From a bacterium (GTDB taxonomy: Bacteria > Sysuimicrobiota > Sysuimicrobiia > Sysuimicrobiales > Kaftiobacteriaceae): a stretch of 24,111 bases of DNA. A program made the translations under genes and the position numbers. Positions 1 through 7,729 of the stretch are shown here, piece by piece; position 1 is the first letter of the stretch, and each line of letters starts with the position of its first letter. Below the pieces are notes generated by a model. It did no database searches and was not told where the DNA came from. It saw only the letters and a list, made by a program, of their open reading frames with translations. The stretch lies in assembly GCA_044868695.1 (NCBI GenBank), contig JBIOWP010000085.1, forward strand, positions 1-24,111, in the 5' to 3' direction.

Positions 1-67
1 CGGAGACAGGTTGTGGCCTTCGAGAAGCTTAACCCGCGCGGGTCAGCGAAGGCACAGCCTGCCTCCG
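1..67. repeat. Long imperfect inverted repeat (about 21 bp stem) with inner palindrome ACCCGCGCGGGT (32-43); may extend beyond the window edge
   Basis: CGGAGACAGGTTGT-G-GCCTTCG (1-22) pairs with CGAAGGC-ACAGCCTGCCTCCG (47-67) with one bulge, one wobble and one mismatch. Confidence 0.7.
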
Positions 68-76
68 CCTAGTTTC

Positions 77-115
77 GGGGTCCCCACAAGTTCGCTCCCG
101 CGAATTTGTGGGGTG
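77..115. repeat. REP-like GC-rich hairpin
   Basis: CCCCACAAGTTCGC (82-95), loop TCCC, GCGAATTTGTGGGG (100-113): 14-bp stem with one G-T pair, framed as GGGGTCCCC...GGGGTG. Confidence 0.55.
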
Positions 116-180
116 CAGACAGATGCAGCCGCGCGGGAGTTGCGGACGCAGGACGTCAGAGGAACTCATGTGTGTCCCAC

Positions 181-189
181 ATTCTACCA
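181..189 (-). promoter_or_regulatory. Extended -10 promoter element (TGn-TAGAAT) pointing toward the left edge
   Basis: Minus strand reads TGTGGTAGAAT directly after the tctA stop codon; the same TAGAAT hexamer precedes pdxA. Confidence 0.55.
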
Positions 190-191
190 CA

Positions 192-1721
192 TCACGCTTC
201 TGCCGGACGCGGCGCGCCGCCGATCTTCCCGCGGCCCCGGTAGGCGCGGATCGCCGGCAAGGCAAACAGCAGCGCGCTAGCCACGATGAAGACCATCGCA
301 ATGGGACGGCCCAAGAAGAACAGTGGAGTCCCGTCCCCCATGATCAGGCTCTGGCGCAGCGCCTGCTCGGTCATGTCGCCCAGCACCAGCGCAACCACGA
401 GCGGCGCCAGCGGGTAGCCGAGCTTCTTGAACCCGTACCCGACGACGCCCGACCCCAGCATGATCCACAAGTCCAGGACCTGGTTGTTCGTCGCGTATGC
501 TCCGATGCTGGACATGATGACGATCAACGGCGCCAGGATCCCGAACGGGATCCGGTTGATCGCCGCAAATACCGGCACCATGGTCAGTACGATCAGCACG
601 CCAAGGACGTTGGCGACGTACATCGACCCGATCAAACCCCACACAAACTCGCGCTGCTCCGTGAACAGCAGCGGCCCCGGGTTGAGGCCCCAGATGAAGA
701 ATCCGGCCAGCATCACGGCGGCTGTGGGGGATCCGGGGATGCCCAGCGTGATCATCGGCAGCAGCGACCCAATGCCGGCGGAGTGCGCGGCCGTCTCCGG
801 GGCGACGACGCCCTCGACTTCGCCTTTGCCGAACCGCTCCGGATGCTTGCTAAACTGCTTGGCCAGCCCGTAGCTCATGAACGACGCAGGCGTGGCGCCG
901 GTGCCGGGCAGGACGCCGATCCAGAAGCCGAGGATGGTGCTCCGGACGATAGTGGCGAAATAGCGCGGGAACATCCGCCAGGTCTCCCACACGTCCCCGA
1001 AGCTGACGCGCCCCTTGACCCCCTCCAGCTTCAGGCCCTCTTCCACCGTCAGGAAGATCTCCCCCAGGCCGAACAGCCCGATAGCAATGACGATGAAGTT
1101 GATGCCGCTCTGCAGTTCGATGAAGCCGAAGTTCATACGCGGCTGCCCGCTGACGATGTCAAAGCCCACGGTGCTGAGCAGCAGCCCGAGCAGGGTCATC
1201 AAAATGGTCTTGGCCGGCTGCCCGCCGCCCAGCCCGGTAAACGTGGCGAACGCCAGCAGCAGCACGGCGAAGTTCTCGGGCGGTCCAAATTTGAGGGCAA
1301 TCTCAGCTAGCGGCGGCGCGAAGAACGTGAACAAGAGGATGGACACGAGGGCGCCGATGAACGAGGAGCTGAACGCCGCCGTCAGCGCGAGCCCCGGCCG
1401 TCCCTGCTTGGCCAGCGGGTGGCCGTCGAAGGTCGTCGCCACCGACCAGGGCTCCCCGGGGATGTTGAACAGGATCGAGGTGATGGCACCGCCGAAGATC
1501 GCGCCCCAGTACACCGAAGCCAGCAGGATGATCGCGCCGGTGGGCGTCAGTGTGAACGTCAGTGGCAGCAGCAGTGCCACTCCGTTCGTCCCGCCCAGCC
1601 CCGGCAGCACACCGATCGCGGTGCCGAGGATCAATCCGATCACCGCGATGAGGAGATGCGCCGGCGCGAGGGCGACGCCTAGGCCGTACAGGAGATCGTT
1701 GAAGACAGACAGGACGCTCAT
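192..1721 (-). CDS. tctA: Tripartite tricarboxylate transporter large permease TctA (509 aa)
   Basis: Polytopic hydrophobic protein with the duplicated TctA motifs GVLPGLGG / GVLPGTGA, NIPGEP and GSLLPMITLGIPGSPTAAVML; follows tctB and tctC. Confidence 0.95.
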   Translation of the reverse strand: MSVLSVFNDLLYGLGVALAPAHLLIAVIGLILGTAIGVLPGLGGTNGVALLLPLTFTLTPTGAIILLASVYWGAIFGGAITSILFNIPGEPWSVATTFDGHPLAKQGRPGLALTAAFSSSFIGALVSILLFTFFAPPLAEIALKFGPPENFAVLLLAFATFTGLGGGQPAKTILMTLLGLLLSTVGFDIVSGQPRMNFGFIELQSGINFIVIAIGLFGLGEIFLTVEEGLKLEGVKGRVSFGDVWETWRMFPRYFATIVRSTILGFWIGVLPGTGATPASFMSYGLAKQFSKHPERFGKGEVEGVVAPETAAHSAGIGSLLPMITLGIPGSPTAAVMLAGFFIWGLNPGPLLFTEQREFVWGLIGSMYVANVLGVLIVLTMVPVFAAINRIPFGILAPLIVIMSSIGAYATNNQVLDLWIMLGSGVVGYGFKKLGYPLAPLVVALVLGDMTEQALRQSLIMGDGTPLFFLGRPIAMVFIVASALLFALPAIRAYRGRGKIGGAPRPAEA

Positions 1722-1724
1722 GCT

Positions 1725-2204
1725 CTATTTCCCGTACAGGAGCGTCTCGAGGATGATGCCTTTCGGTAGGGGCAGCAAGAACCACCGTTCGAAGATGAAA
1801 AAGAGCGCAAGCGGCACCAGCACGCTGACCAGGGCGATCGAAATCCAGCGGTGCCGCCCGACAAGCCACATGTAGCCGGCGAGGTAGATCGCGCCACCGA
1901 TGTAGATCCCCAGCAGGTCCAGCAGGACGATCACCGCCACCATCGGCGCGAAGACCACCACGAGCGGCTTCCACGCGTATCCGGGAATGAAGGGAGCCGC
2001 GTCGCGGTCGATCGTCTGCGGGCGCAGGCTCTGCACCACCACGATCGCGGCGGTCAGCAGCACGCCGACGGACAGCCAGAAGGGGAAGAAGCCGGCGCCG
2101 GGCCCGATCGATGTCCAGGTCACCGACAGATGCAGCGCCTGCCAAACCATCGCGCCGGCGCCGACCAGGAGCGCGGCCGCAACGGCTGTTTCTGCCTTGC
2201 GCAT
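1725..2204 (-). CDS. tctB: Tripartite tricarboxylate transporter small membrane subunit TctB (159 aa)
   Basis: ATG at 2204 after GGGAGG; GPGAGFFPFW near the N-terminus, FERWFLLPLPKG at the C-terminus, 4-5 TM segments; lies between tctC and tctA. Confidence 0.92.
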   Translation of the reverse strand: MRKAETAVAAALLVGAGAMVWQALHLSVTWTSIGPGAGFFPFWLSVGVLLTAAIVVVQSLRPQTIDRDAAPFIPGYAWKPLVVVFAPMVAVIVLLDLLGIYIGGAIYLAGYMWLVGRHRWISIALVSVLVPLALFFIFERWFLLPLPKGIILETLLYGK

Positions 2205-2239
2205 GATGCCTCCCAGGGGTGGTGGAGAGCGTACGTGCA

Positions 2240-2270
2240 GTGGGCGGGCGCAGAGCCCACGCCCGCCCAC
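2240..2270 (-). other. Intercistronic stem-loop after tctC (probable mRNA-stabilising or differential-expression hairpin)
   Basis: Perfect 11-bp inverted repeat GTGGGCGGGCG / CGCCCGCCCAC with a 9-nt loop; no U-tract on either strand. Confidence 0.6.
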
Positions 2271-2277
2271 GCCTGCG

Positions 2278-3288
2278 CTACTGCTCGGCCAGACCGCCTT
2301 TGATCATCAAGTTCTTCACCGTGGCGTCCTTCTGATCGAGGTATCGCAAGAACTCCGCTCCGGTCAGGAACGCCTTGGTGAACGCGCCACGCTCGATGAA
2401 GTCTGCCATCTCCGGCGTGTCCATCAACTTGCTGAACACGCCCTGGTAGAAGGCCACGGCATCAGGCGGCATGTTGGCGGTCCCGAACACACCGCGCAGC
2501 ATCTGATACTCGATGGGAAATCCCAGCTCCTTCATGGTCGGGACGTCCTTCCACTGCGGCGACTGCACCCGGTCGCTGGCGAAGATCGCCAGCGGGCGTA
2601 CGCGGCCGCCCTCCCAATGACCGACCATCTCGAGCGGGTTGTTCACCGTGAAATCGACCTGCTTGCCCACCACCGCCGCCGCCACCGCCCCGCCGCCCGA
2701 GAACGGCACGTACGTGAAGTCGACGTCCCACGCCTGCTCCAGCAAGACCATGATGATCTCGTCTTCCTGCTTGCTGCCGGTGCCGGCCATCTTGAAGCTG
2801 CCCTTGGGCGCCGCCTTGGCGGCTTTCTCGAAGTCGGCGACCGCCTTCCACGGCGAATCCGCGGGGATCGTCAGGGCGAAGTTGTCCAGCAGCAGCCGCG
2901 CGATGGGCGTCAGGTCGCGCCAGGAGAAGCGGGAGCCGTCCCGCTTGCGGATGACCTGCGCCACCGGCGTCGCGAAGAGGTTGTCCAGCGTGATGAGGAT
3001 CGTGTGCGGGTCGCCCGCCTTGTCGATCATCCACAAGAAGGCCTGCGCGCCGGCGCCCGCCGGCCGGTTGACCGGAATGACGGGCTGCGGGGCGAGGTTG
3101 TACTTGGCGATCAGCGGCGCCATGAAGCGGGCCTGCTGATCGGCGCCGCCGCCGGTGCCCGCCGGAATCGTCCACTCAATCGGGCGGCGCGGGCTGAATC
3201 CCGCCGCGCCCAGGGCCGGGACCGTGAGGATGCTCACCAGGAGCACAAGCCCCGCCGCCAGGGCGGGCCTGACCCATGTCGACCGCAT
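2278..3288 (-). CDS. tctC: Tripartite tricarboxylate transporter substrate-binding protein (TctC/Bug family, 336 aa)
   Basis: ATG at 3288 after GGAGGTGGGAG; signal peptide; Bug motifs IPAGTGGGADQQAR, VNRPAGAG, YVPFSGGG, DVPTMKELG. Confidence 0.93.
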   Translation of the reverse strand: MRSTWVRPALAAGLVLLVSILTVPALGAAGFSPRRPIEWTIPAGTGGGADQQARFMAPLIAKYNLAPQPVIPVNRPAGAGAQAFLWMIDKAGDPHTILITLDNLFATPVAQVIRKRDGSRFSWRDLTPIARLLLDNFALTIPADSPWKAVADFEKAAKAAPKGSFKMAGTGSKQEDEIIMVLLEQAWDVDFTYVPFSGGGAVAAAVVGKQVDFTVNNPLEMVGHWEGGRVRPLAIFASDRVQSPQWKDVPTMKELGFPIEYQMLRGVFGTANMPPDAVAFYQGVFSKLMDTPEMADFIERGAFTKAFLTGAEFLRYLDQKDATVKNLMIKGGLAEQ

Positions 3289-3324
3289 TATCTCCCACCT
3301 CCACCGAAATGACCTACCCCTGCC

Positions 3325-3365
3325 GGAAAATACATGGGGCTTACCGTGATCCTGGTAAGCCCCAT
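3325..3365 (-). terminator. Probable (leaky) intrinsic terminator between the oxidoreductase beta gene and tctC
   Basis: Perfect 12-bp stem ATGGGGCTTACC / GGTAAGCCCCAT (3334-3365) with an 8-nt loop, followed on the minus strand by GTATTTTCC. Confidence 0.6.
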
Positions 3366-3391
3366 CTTCCCGCTGTTGCATCGTACATCCG

Positions 3392-4417
3392 TTACGCCGG
3401 AGGCTGATCCTGCTCCAACTCCTTATGGAAGGGGATGACGCCGGGGATCAGCCACTTCGCCCACATGTCGTCAACCTTCGACTGGAAGTAGTCGATGTCG
3501 TCGTCGGTGAAGTGCGCGAAGCGGCCCTGCCGCAGCAGGTAGTCGCGCACTGGCTTGCGCTTGGAACGCTTCTCGGCGATACCTTTGGTGCGGCCGTAGA
3601 GTTTCAGCACGCGGTTTTCGACCTCATACAGCGGCCAGATCCCGGTCTCCACGGCCAGCTCGCCCAGCTCGTGGGAGAGCATGGGATCGTAGTCCCACCC
3701 CTTGGGGCACGGATCCAGCGAGTGGACGAACGTCGGACCGCCGATCGTCAGCGCTTTGCGCACCCGGTTCATCATCTCCACCGCGTACGACGCGCAGACG
3801 GTACCCACGTACCGCGTCTCCGGATGGCCGGCGGCCAGCATGCCGGCCACGTTCTTCTTCCAGCGGCTGTGCATGATCCGCTTCATCTTGCCCGGCGGGC
3901 TGAAGGTGGTGTGCGCGCCGTACGGCGTCATGCCTGAGAGTTGAATGTCGGTGTTGGCATACGACTCGTTGTCGTAGAGCAGGATGAGCACGTTGTACTG
4001 CGGGTGAGTGAGCGTGGCCGAAATCGCCGACAGGCCCATGTCCGCGCCGCCCCCGTCGCCACAAAACGCGATGACGTTGATGGGCTCTTCCTTCATCTTT
4101 CCCTTGCGCATCAGGGCCTTCAGCGCGGCCGCGGTGCCCAATCCGGCCGACCCCGAGCTGCCCAGCTGCGTGTGCATCCAGGGCACGACCCATGACGTGC
4201 TGTAGTAGGTCGTGTTGGCCACGTACATGCAGCCGGTGCTGCCCAGGACGATGGTGCGCGGGCCAGAGGCTTTGACCATCAGCTTCATCACCAGGGCCGA
4301 CTCGCACCCCTGGCACGTCCGGTGACCGGAGGTGAAGTACTCCTCCAGTGGAACTTTCTTGACCCCCTTGAATGGGTCCAGGACCTGTGTGGGGAGGGTC
4401 TCGACGGCATCCGCCAT
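3392..4417 (-). CDS. 2-oxoacid:ferredoxin oxidoreductase beta subunit (ThDP-binding), oxalate oxidoreductase-like (341 aa)
   Basis: ATG at 4417 after GAGGAG; GHRTCQGC, TGCMYVAN and PCPKGW supply the proximal 4Fe-4S cysteines; ThDP motif GDGG...YDNESYANT. Confidence 0.92.
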   Translation of the reverse strand: MADAVETLPTQVLDPFKGVKKVPLEEYFTSGHRTCQGCESALVMKLMVKASGPRTIVLGSTGCMYVANTTYYSTSWVVPWMHTQLGSSGSAGLGTAAALKALMRKGKMKEEPINVIAFCGDGGGADMGLSAISATLTHPQYNVLILLYDNESYANTDIQLSGMTPYGAHTTFSPPGKMKRIMHSRWKKNVAGMLAAGHPETRYVGTVCASYAVEMMNRVRKALTIGGPTFVHSLDPCPKGWDYDPMLSHELGELAVETGIWPLYEVENRVLKLYGRTKGIAEKRSKRKPVRDYLLRQGRFAHFTDDDIDYFQSKVDDMWAKWLIPGVIPFHKELEQDQPPA

Positions 4418-4428
4418 GGTCAGCTCCT

Positions 4429-5655
4429 CTATTCCCGAATTCCTATCCACGTGATGAGCGGCTGGGTCTCACCGGCCGCCGCCTTGAAGAGCATGTCGCT
4501 CATGCGTCGCACGTCCGGCACGGTCACCTCGCGGCCTCCGAGACCGCAGATGAAACCGGCCACCGGCGGCCTCTTGGCGGCCGGGTACAGCGAGGCGCGG
4601 ATCTCGGTGGCCAGCACGCCACTGAGGTGCGGGGAGCCGAACGAGTAGTCCCGGTCGATGACGCCCACCGCCTTGAAACGGCCCAGTGTCTGCGCCAGCT
4701 CCTCGCCCGGGAACGGCCGGAACCACCGCACCCGCACAAAGCCGACCTTCTTCCCTTCCTTGCGCATCTGCCGGATGGCCACCTTCACCGGCATCGACAG
4801 CGTGCCCATGCCGACCAGGACGACGTCGGCGTCGTCGGTCTGATACTCCTCGAAAAACGGATTCCCGTACGAACGGCCGAAGATCCGCTCGAAGTCGCGG
4901 TACGCCTCGGGAATCACCGCCGACTTCGACCGCTTCATCGCTTCGTCGTTGTGCTTGCGCAGCTCCATCAGCCAGTCCTCGTTCACCTGCGGGGCGACAG
5001 TGATCGGGTTGTCGGGATGCAGCAGCAGGTCGCCGCGGTTGTACGGCGGCAGAAAGGCGTCCACCCACTCCTGCGGCGGAATCTTCACCATTGACTGCGA
5101 GTGCGTGAGGAACGCGCCGTCACAGGCGATGGCGCACGGCAGAAAGACGCGGCGGTCCTCGGCGATACGGTAGGCCATCAGCGCCGTATCCAGCGCCTCC
5201 TGCGCGTTGTCGACCCACACGAGCTGCCAGCCCAGGTCGCGGACCGCGAGCGCATCGTTGTGCTCCACGCCGAACGCCCCGGGGTCGTCGAGGGCGCGGT
5301 TGCCGACCATCGCGACCATCGGGATCCGCAGCGCGGGCGTGACGGTGAGCGCCTCAAACGCATACATCCAGCCGACGCCGCTGCTCCCGCAGAAGACGCG
5401 CGCCCCAGCGGCCGAGGCGTGCTTAACGATCTCGAACTGCGAGTGCTCCGATTCGGCGACGATGTACTCGCAGTCCAGCTCGCCGTTGGCGACCAGCTTG
5501 GCCACATACTGCATCACCGTGTCATAGGGCCGGATGGGATACGCGGTGATCACGTCGACGTCGGCCAGTTTGCAGGCGACCGCGATCGCCTCGCTGCCGC
5601 TGATCAGCGACTCCTTTTCCTTCTGGGCCTGCGCCTTCTCGATGACCCTGGCCAT
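4429..5655 (-). CDS. 2-oxoacid:ferredoxin oxidoreductase alpha subunit, oxalate oxidoreductase-like YPIRP type (408 aa)
   Basis: ATG at 5655 after GGAGG; SGSEAIA, AYPIRP, ESEHS (ThDP-activating Glu), GSSGVG, DGAFLTH, FRPFP, GLGGR. Confidence 0.92.
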   Translation of the reverse strand: MARVIEKAQAQKEKESLISGSEAIAVACKLADVDVITAYPIRPYDTVMQYVAKLVANGELDCEYIVAESEHSQFEIVKHASAAGARVFCGSSGVGWMYAFEALTVTPALRIPMVAMVGNRALDDPGAFGVEHNDALAVRDLGWQLVWVDNAQEALDTALMAYRIAEDRRVFLPCAIACDGAFLTHSQSMVKIPPQEWVDAFLPPYNRGDLLLHPDNPITVAPQVNEDWLMELRKHNDEAMKRSKSAVIPEAYRDFERIFGRSYGNPFFEEYQTDDADVVLVGMGTLSMPVKVAIRQMRKEGKKVGFVRVRWFRPFPGEELAQTLGRFKAVGVIDRDYSFGSPHLSGVLATEIRASLYPAAKRPPVAGFICGLGGREVTVPDVRRMSDMLFKAAAGETQPLITWIGIRE

Positions 5656-5659
5656 CCCC

Positions 5660-6895
5660 TTAGCCTCCCGCGCTCGCTTCGCCGACATCGGTGACGACCT
5701 TCTCGGTGATTGCCTCGCCGCCGGTATCGACGATCCCGTCCTTCACCATCTGGTCGATCTGCTTCTCATACTGCCCGCGGATCTGGAACCCATGCGACCG
5801 CTCGGGTTTGTGCTGAATCTTCTCCTGCAGCCAGGCCTTGTATGGAGCCTTGTCCTTCTTCCACATGTCCCACTGGCTGGCGTTGTCCGCGAAGGCGGTC
5901 TCGTTGACCATCGTGATACAGTTCGTCACCGGGCACACCGCTTCGCACACGCCGCACCCGCAGCACGCCTGCATGTTGGCGTCGTAGTAGCCGTCGGGGG
6001 TGACGTCGAAACAGGAGTCCGGACACTGCAGCCAGCACAGCGTGCACTTCACGCACGTGTCGAAGTCCACGACCGGCCGCATCGTGCGGGTGGAGAACTT
6101 CTTGAAGACCGGATTGCGGTCGGGACGGAACCCGCCGGTCTGCTGCGTGGCCGGGTCGGAAAAGCCCGCTCCGGTGGGAATGCTGGGGATCGCCAGGCCT
6201 TCCCGCATCTCGAACCACTTGGGGAGCTCGAACTCGTAGGGTTTCTCTGGATTGCCTTCCGTCGGCTGCACCGGCCGTGTCGTGGTCCGATCGTGAGCCT
6301 TGCGCGCCGAGGCCACCTTCAGGGTGTCATTCCACTCCTCCAGAATCGCCTTCTCCACGGCGTCGATGCGGAACAGCTCCGGCAGCACTTTAGCAATGGC
6401 GCCAAGGATGCGCACGTCGGTGTGGTCGTCTTTGTACACCCACAGGCCGGCGAAACTCGGGATGCCCTTCACGATCGCCAGATTGTAGGGTGCGTCCTTC
6501 CGGTGGGCCATCGTCACCAGCGACTCCGCGGGCTGCATCGAGGTCACCATCAGGGTGCCGCCGGGCTTGAGGAGCCGGTTGATGGGCTGCAGTCCGTACC
6601 AGGCCCAGGACTCCACGCCCTTGCACAGCGTGTCGTCGACCGCAATCGAGATGTCGACTTCCTTGGGCTCGTACTTCGCCATCCCCTCCTGCAGCGTCTC
6701 GTCGTCCGTGGCGACGATCGCGAAGTTCTTCGCCGGGATCCCGTTGCGCTCGGGGCTGTCGCCGTAGCGGCCAAACGAAATGCCCGTCTTGCCGGCGCGC
6801 TTGGCGGCAAGCACGATCCCGCGGCTGATGTTCTTGGCCAGGTTCTTCTGGAAGATGCCGCGGTAGACGATTTCCACTGCAAAGAGACGGCCCAC
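5660..6895 (-). CDS. 2-oxoacid:ferredoxin oxidoreductase fused gamma-delta subunit with 2x[4Fe-4S] domain (411 aa)
   Basis: GTG after GGAGG; gamma-type N-terminus (YGDSPERNGIP); RTMRPVVD followed by CVKCTLCWLQCP and CCGCGVCEAVCP. Confidence 0.9.
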   Translation of the reverse strand: MGRLFAVEIVYRGIFQKNLAKNISRGIVLAAKRAGKTGISFGRYGDSPERNGIPAKNFAIVATDDETLQEGMAKYEPKEVDISIAVDDTLCKGVESWAWYGLQPINRLLKPGGTLMVTSMQPAESLVTMAHRKDAPYNLAIVKGIPSFAGLWVYKDDHTDVRILGAIAKVLPELFRIDAVEKAILEEWNDTLKVASARKAHDRTTTRPVQPTEGNPEKPYEFELPKWFEMREGLAIPSIPTGAGFSDPATQQTGGFRPDRNPVFKKFSTRTMRPVVDFDTCVKCTLCWLQCPDSCFDVTPDGYYDANMQACCGCGVCEAVCPVTNCITMVNETAFADNASQWDMWKKDKAPYKAWLQEKIQHKPERSHGFQIRGQYEKQIDQMVKDGIVDTGGEAITEKVVTDVGEASAGG

Positions 6896-6898
6896 TGG

Positions 6899-7663
6899 TT
6901 AGCCTCCCACGCGGGGTGAGTGCTGTCGGAGCAAGACGTCTTCGATCTCTTCCAGGTGCTGGTGCATCGCCGCCTCGGCGGAGGCCGCGTCGCGGCGCCG
7001 GATCGCCTCCAGGATGCGGTGGTGTCCGTCGAGCGACCGTTCGAGTCGGCCGGTGACCTGCAGCGAGCGCTCGCGGCTCTCGCGCAGCAGGTCCATCAAC
7101 ACGTCCAGGACCCGCAGGATCACCTTGTTGCTGGCGGCGGTGGCGATAGCGTAGTGGAACTCTGAGTCCTCATCGATGGCCAGCTGGCCCTGGCGGACCT
7201 TCTCGCGCTGGCGGTTGAAAATCGCCTCCAGCGATGACACATCGTCGGGTGTGGCATGCGCCGCTGCGCGGGCGGCCACCCCCGGCTCGATCAGCTTGCG
7301 AACGTCCCAGAGATCGGCAAGCAGCGTCCGGTTGCGGACCAGCAGTGACGCCAGCGGACTGACCAATGAGTCCGGAGACAGATCCCTGACCACCGTCCCC
7401 TCGCCCTGGCGGGGCTCGAGGAGACCCATCAACTCCAGTACGCGGATCGCGTCCCGCACGGACGTCCGGCTGACGCCCAGCCTCTCTGCCAGTTCGCGCT
7501 CGGGCGGCAGGTGGTCCCCCGGCTGCAGGCGGCCGTCGTTGATCAGCCGCTGAATTTGCGCAGCGACTTCCTCATAGACGCGGGTCTTGCGGACAGGTTC
7601 CAGCTCGTCTTTGACTGCGGCGGGTGAGGTAATTGTTGACTCCGGACGTGAGGAATGGTCCAT
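6899..7663 (-). CDS. GntR family, FadR subfamily transcriptional regulator (PdhR/LldR/GlcC-like)
   Basis: wHTH LQPGDHLPPERELAERLGVSRTSVRDA...RQGEGT; FCD domain DSEFHYAIA, HHRILEAIRRRD, MHQHL. Exact start uncertain (no SD). Confidence 0.93.
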   Translation of the reverse strand: MDHSSRPESTITSPAAVKDELEPVRKTRVYEEVAAQIQRLINDGRLQPGDHLPPERELAERLGVSRTSVRDAIRVLELMGLLEPRQGEGTVVRDLSPDSLVSPLASLLVRNRTLLADLWDVRKLIEPGVAARAAAHATPDDVSSLEAIFNRQREKVRQGQLAIDEDSEFHYAIATAASNKVILRVLDVLMDLLRESRERSLQVTGRLERSLDGHHRILEAIRRRDAASAEAAMHQHLEEIEDVLLRQHSPRVGG

Positions 7664-7676
7664 TGGTCAGACCATT
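7662..7676. promoter_or_regulatory. FadR-subfamily operator TGGTC-A-GACCA
   Basis: Dyad TGGTCAGACCA at 7664-7674 abuts the regulator start codon and matches the TGGT-N3-ACCA FadR-subfamily consensus; extra TGGTC half-site at 7656-7660. Confidence 0.8.
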
Positions 7677-7679
7677 GCT

Positions 7680-7708
7680 AATGTCGCACAGTGTCCGGGC
7701 CCTGTCAA
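7680..7708 (-). promoter_or_regulatory. Putative sigma70 promoter of the regulator-oxidoreductase-tct operon
   Basis: Perfect TTGACA (7708-7703), 17-nt spacer, weak TGn-GACATT -10; the predicted start site falls within the operator. Confidence 0.55.
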
Positions 7709-7729
7709 GCAAGAAAGATCATCAATGGG

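Noticed and set aside
1..190. tRNA, CRISPR array, known riboswitch, rpsB leader or IS end
   Set aside because: No cloverleaf, repeat-spacer periodicity, recognisable aptamer or transposase in the window. ACACAC...GCGGAGG faintly recalls rpsB leaders, but the expected pairing is poor.
3392..6895. Plain pyruvate:ferredoxin oxidoreductase or reverse-TCA carbon fixation call
   Set aside because: YPIRP motif, OOR-like beta motifs and the repressor-plus-importer context point to catabolism; no other rTCA genes are present.
108..6919. Long plus-strand ORFs (108-1310, 1015-1875, 1987-3312, 5534-6919 and others)
   Set aside because: Antisense shadows of well-supported minus-strand genes, expected in high-GC DNA; no recognisable motifs.
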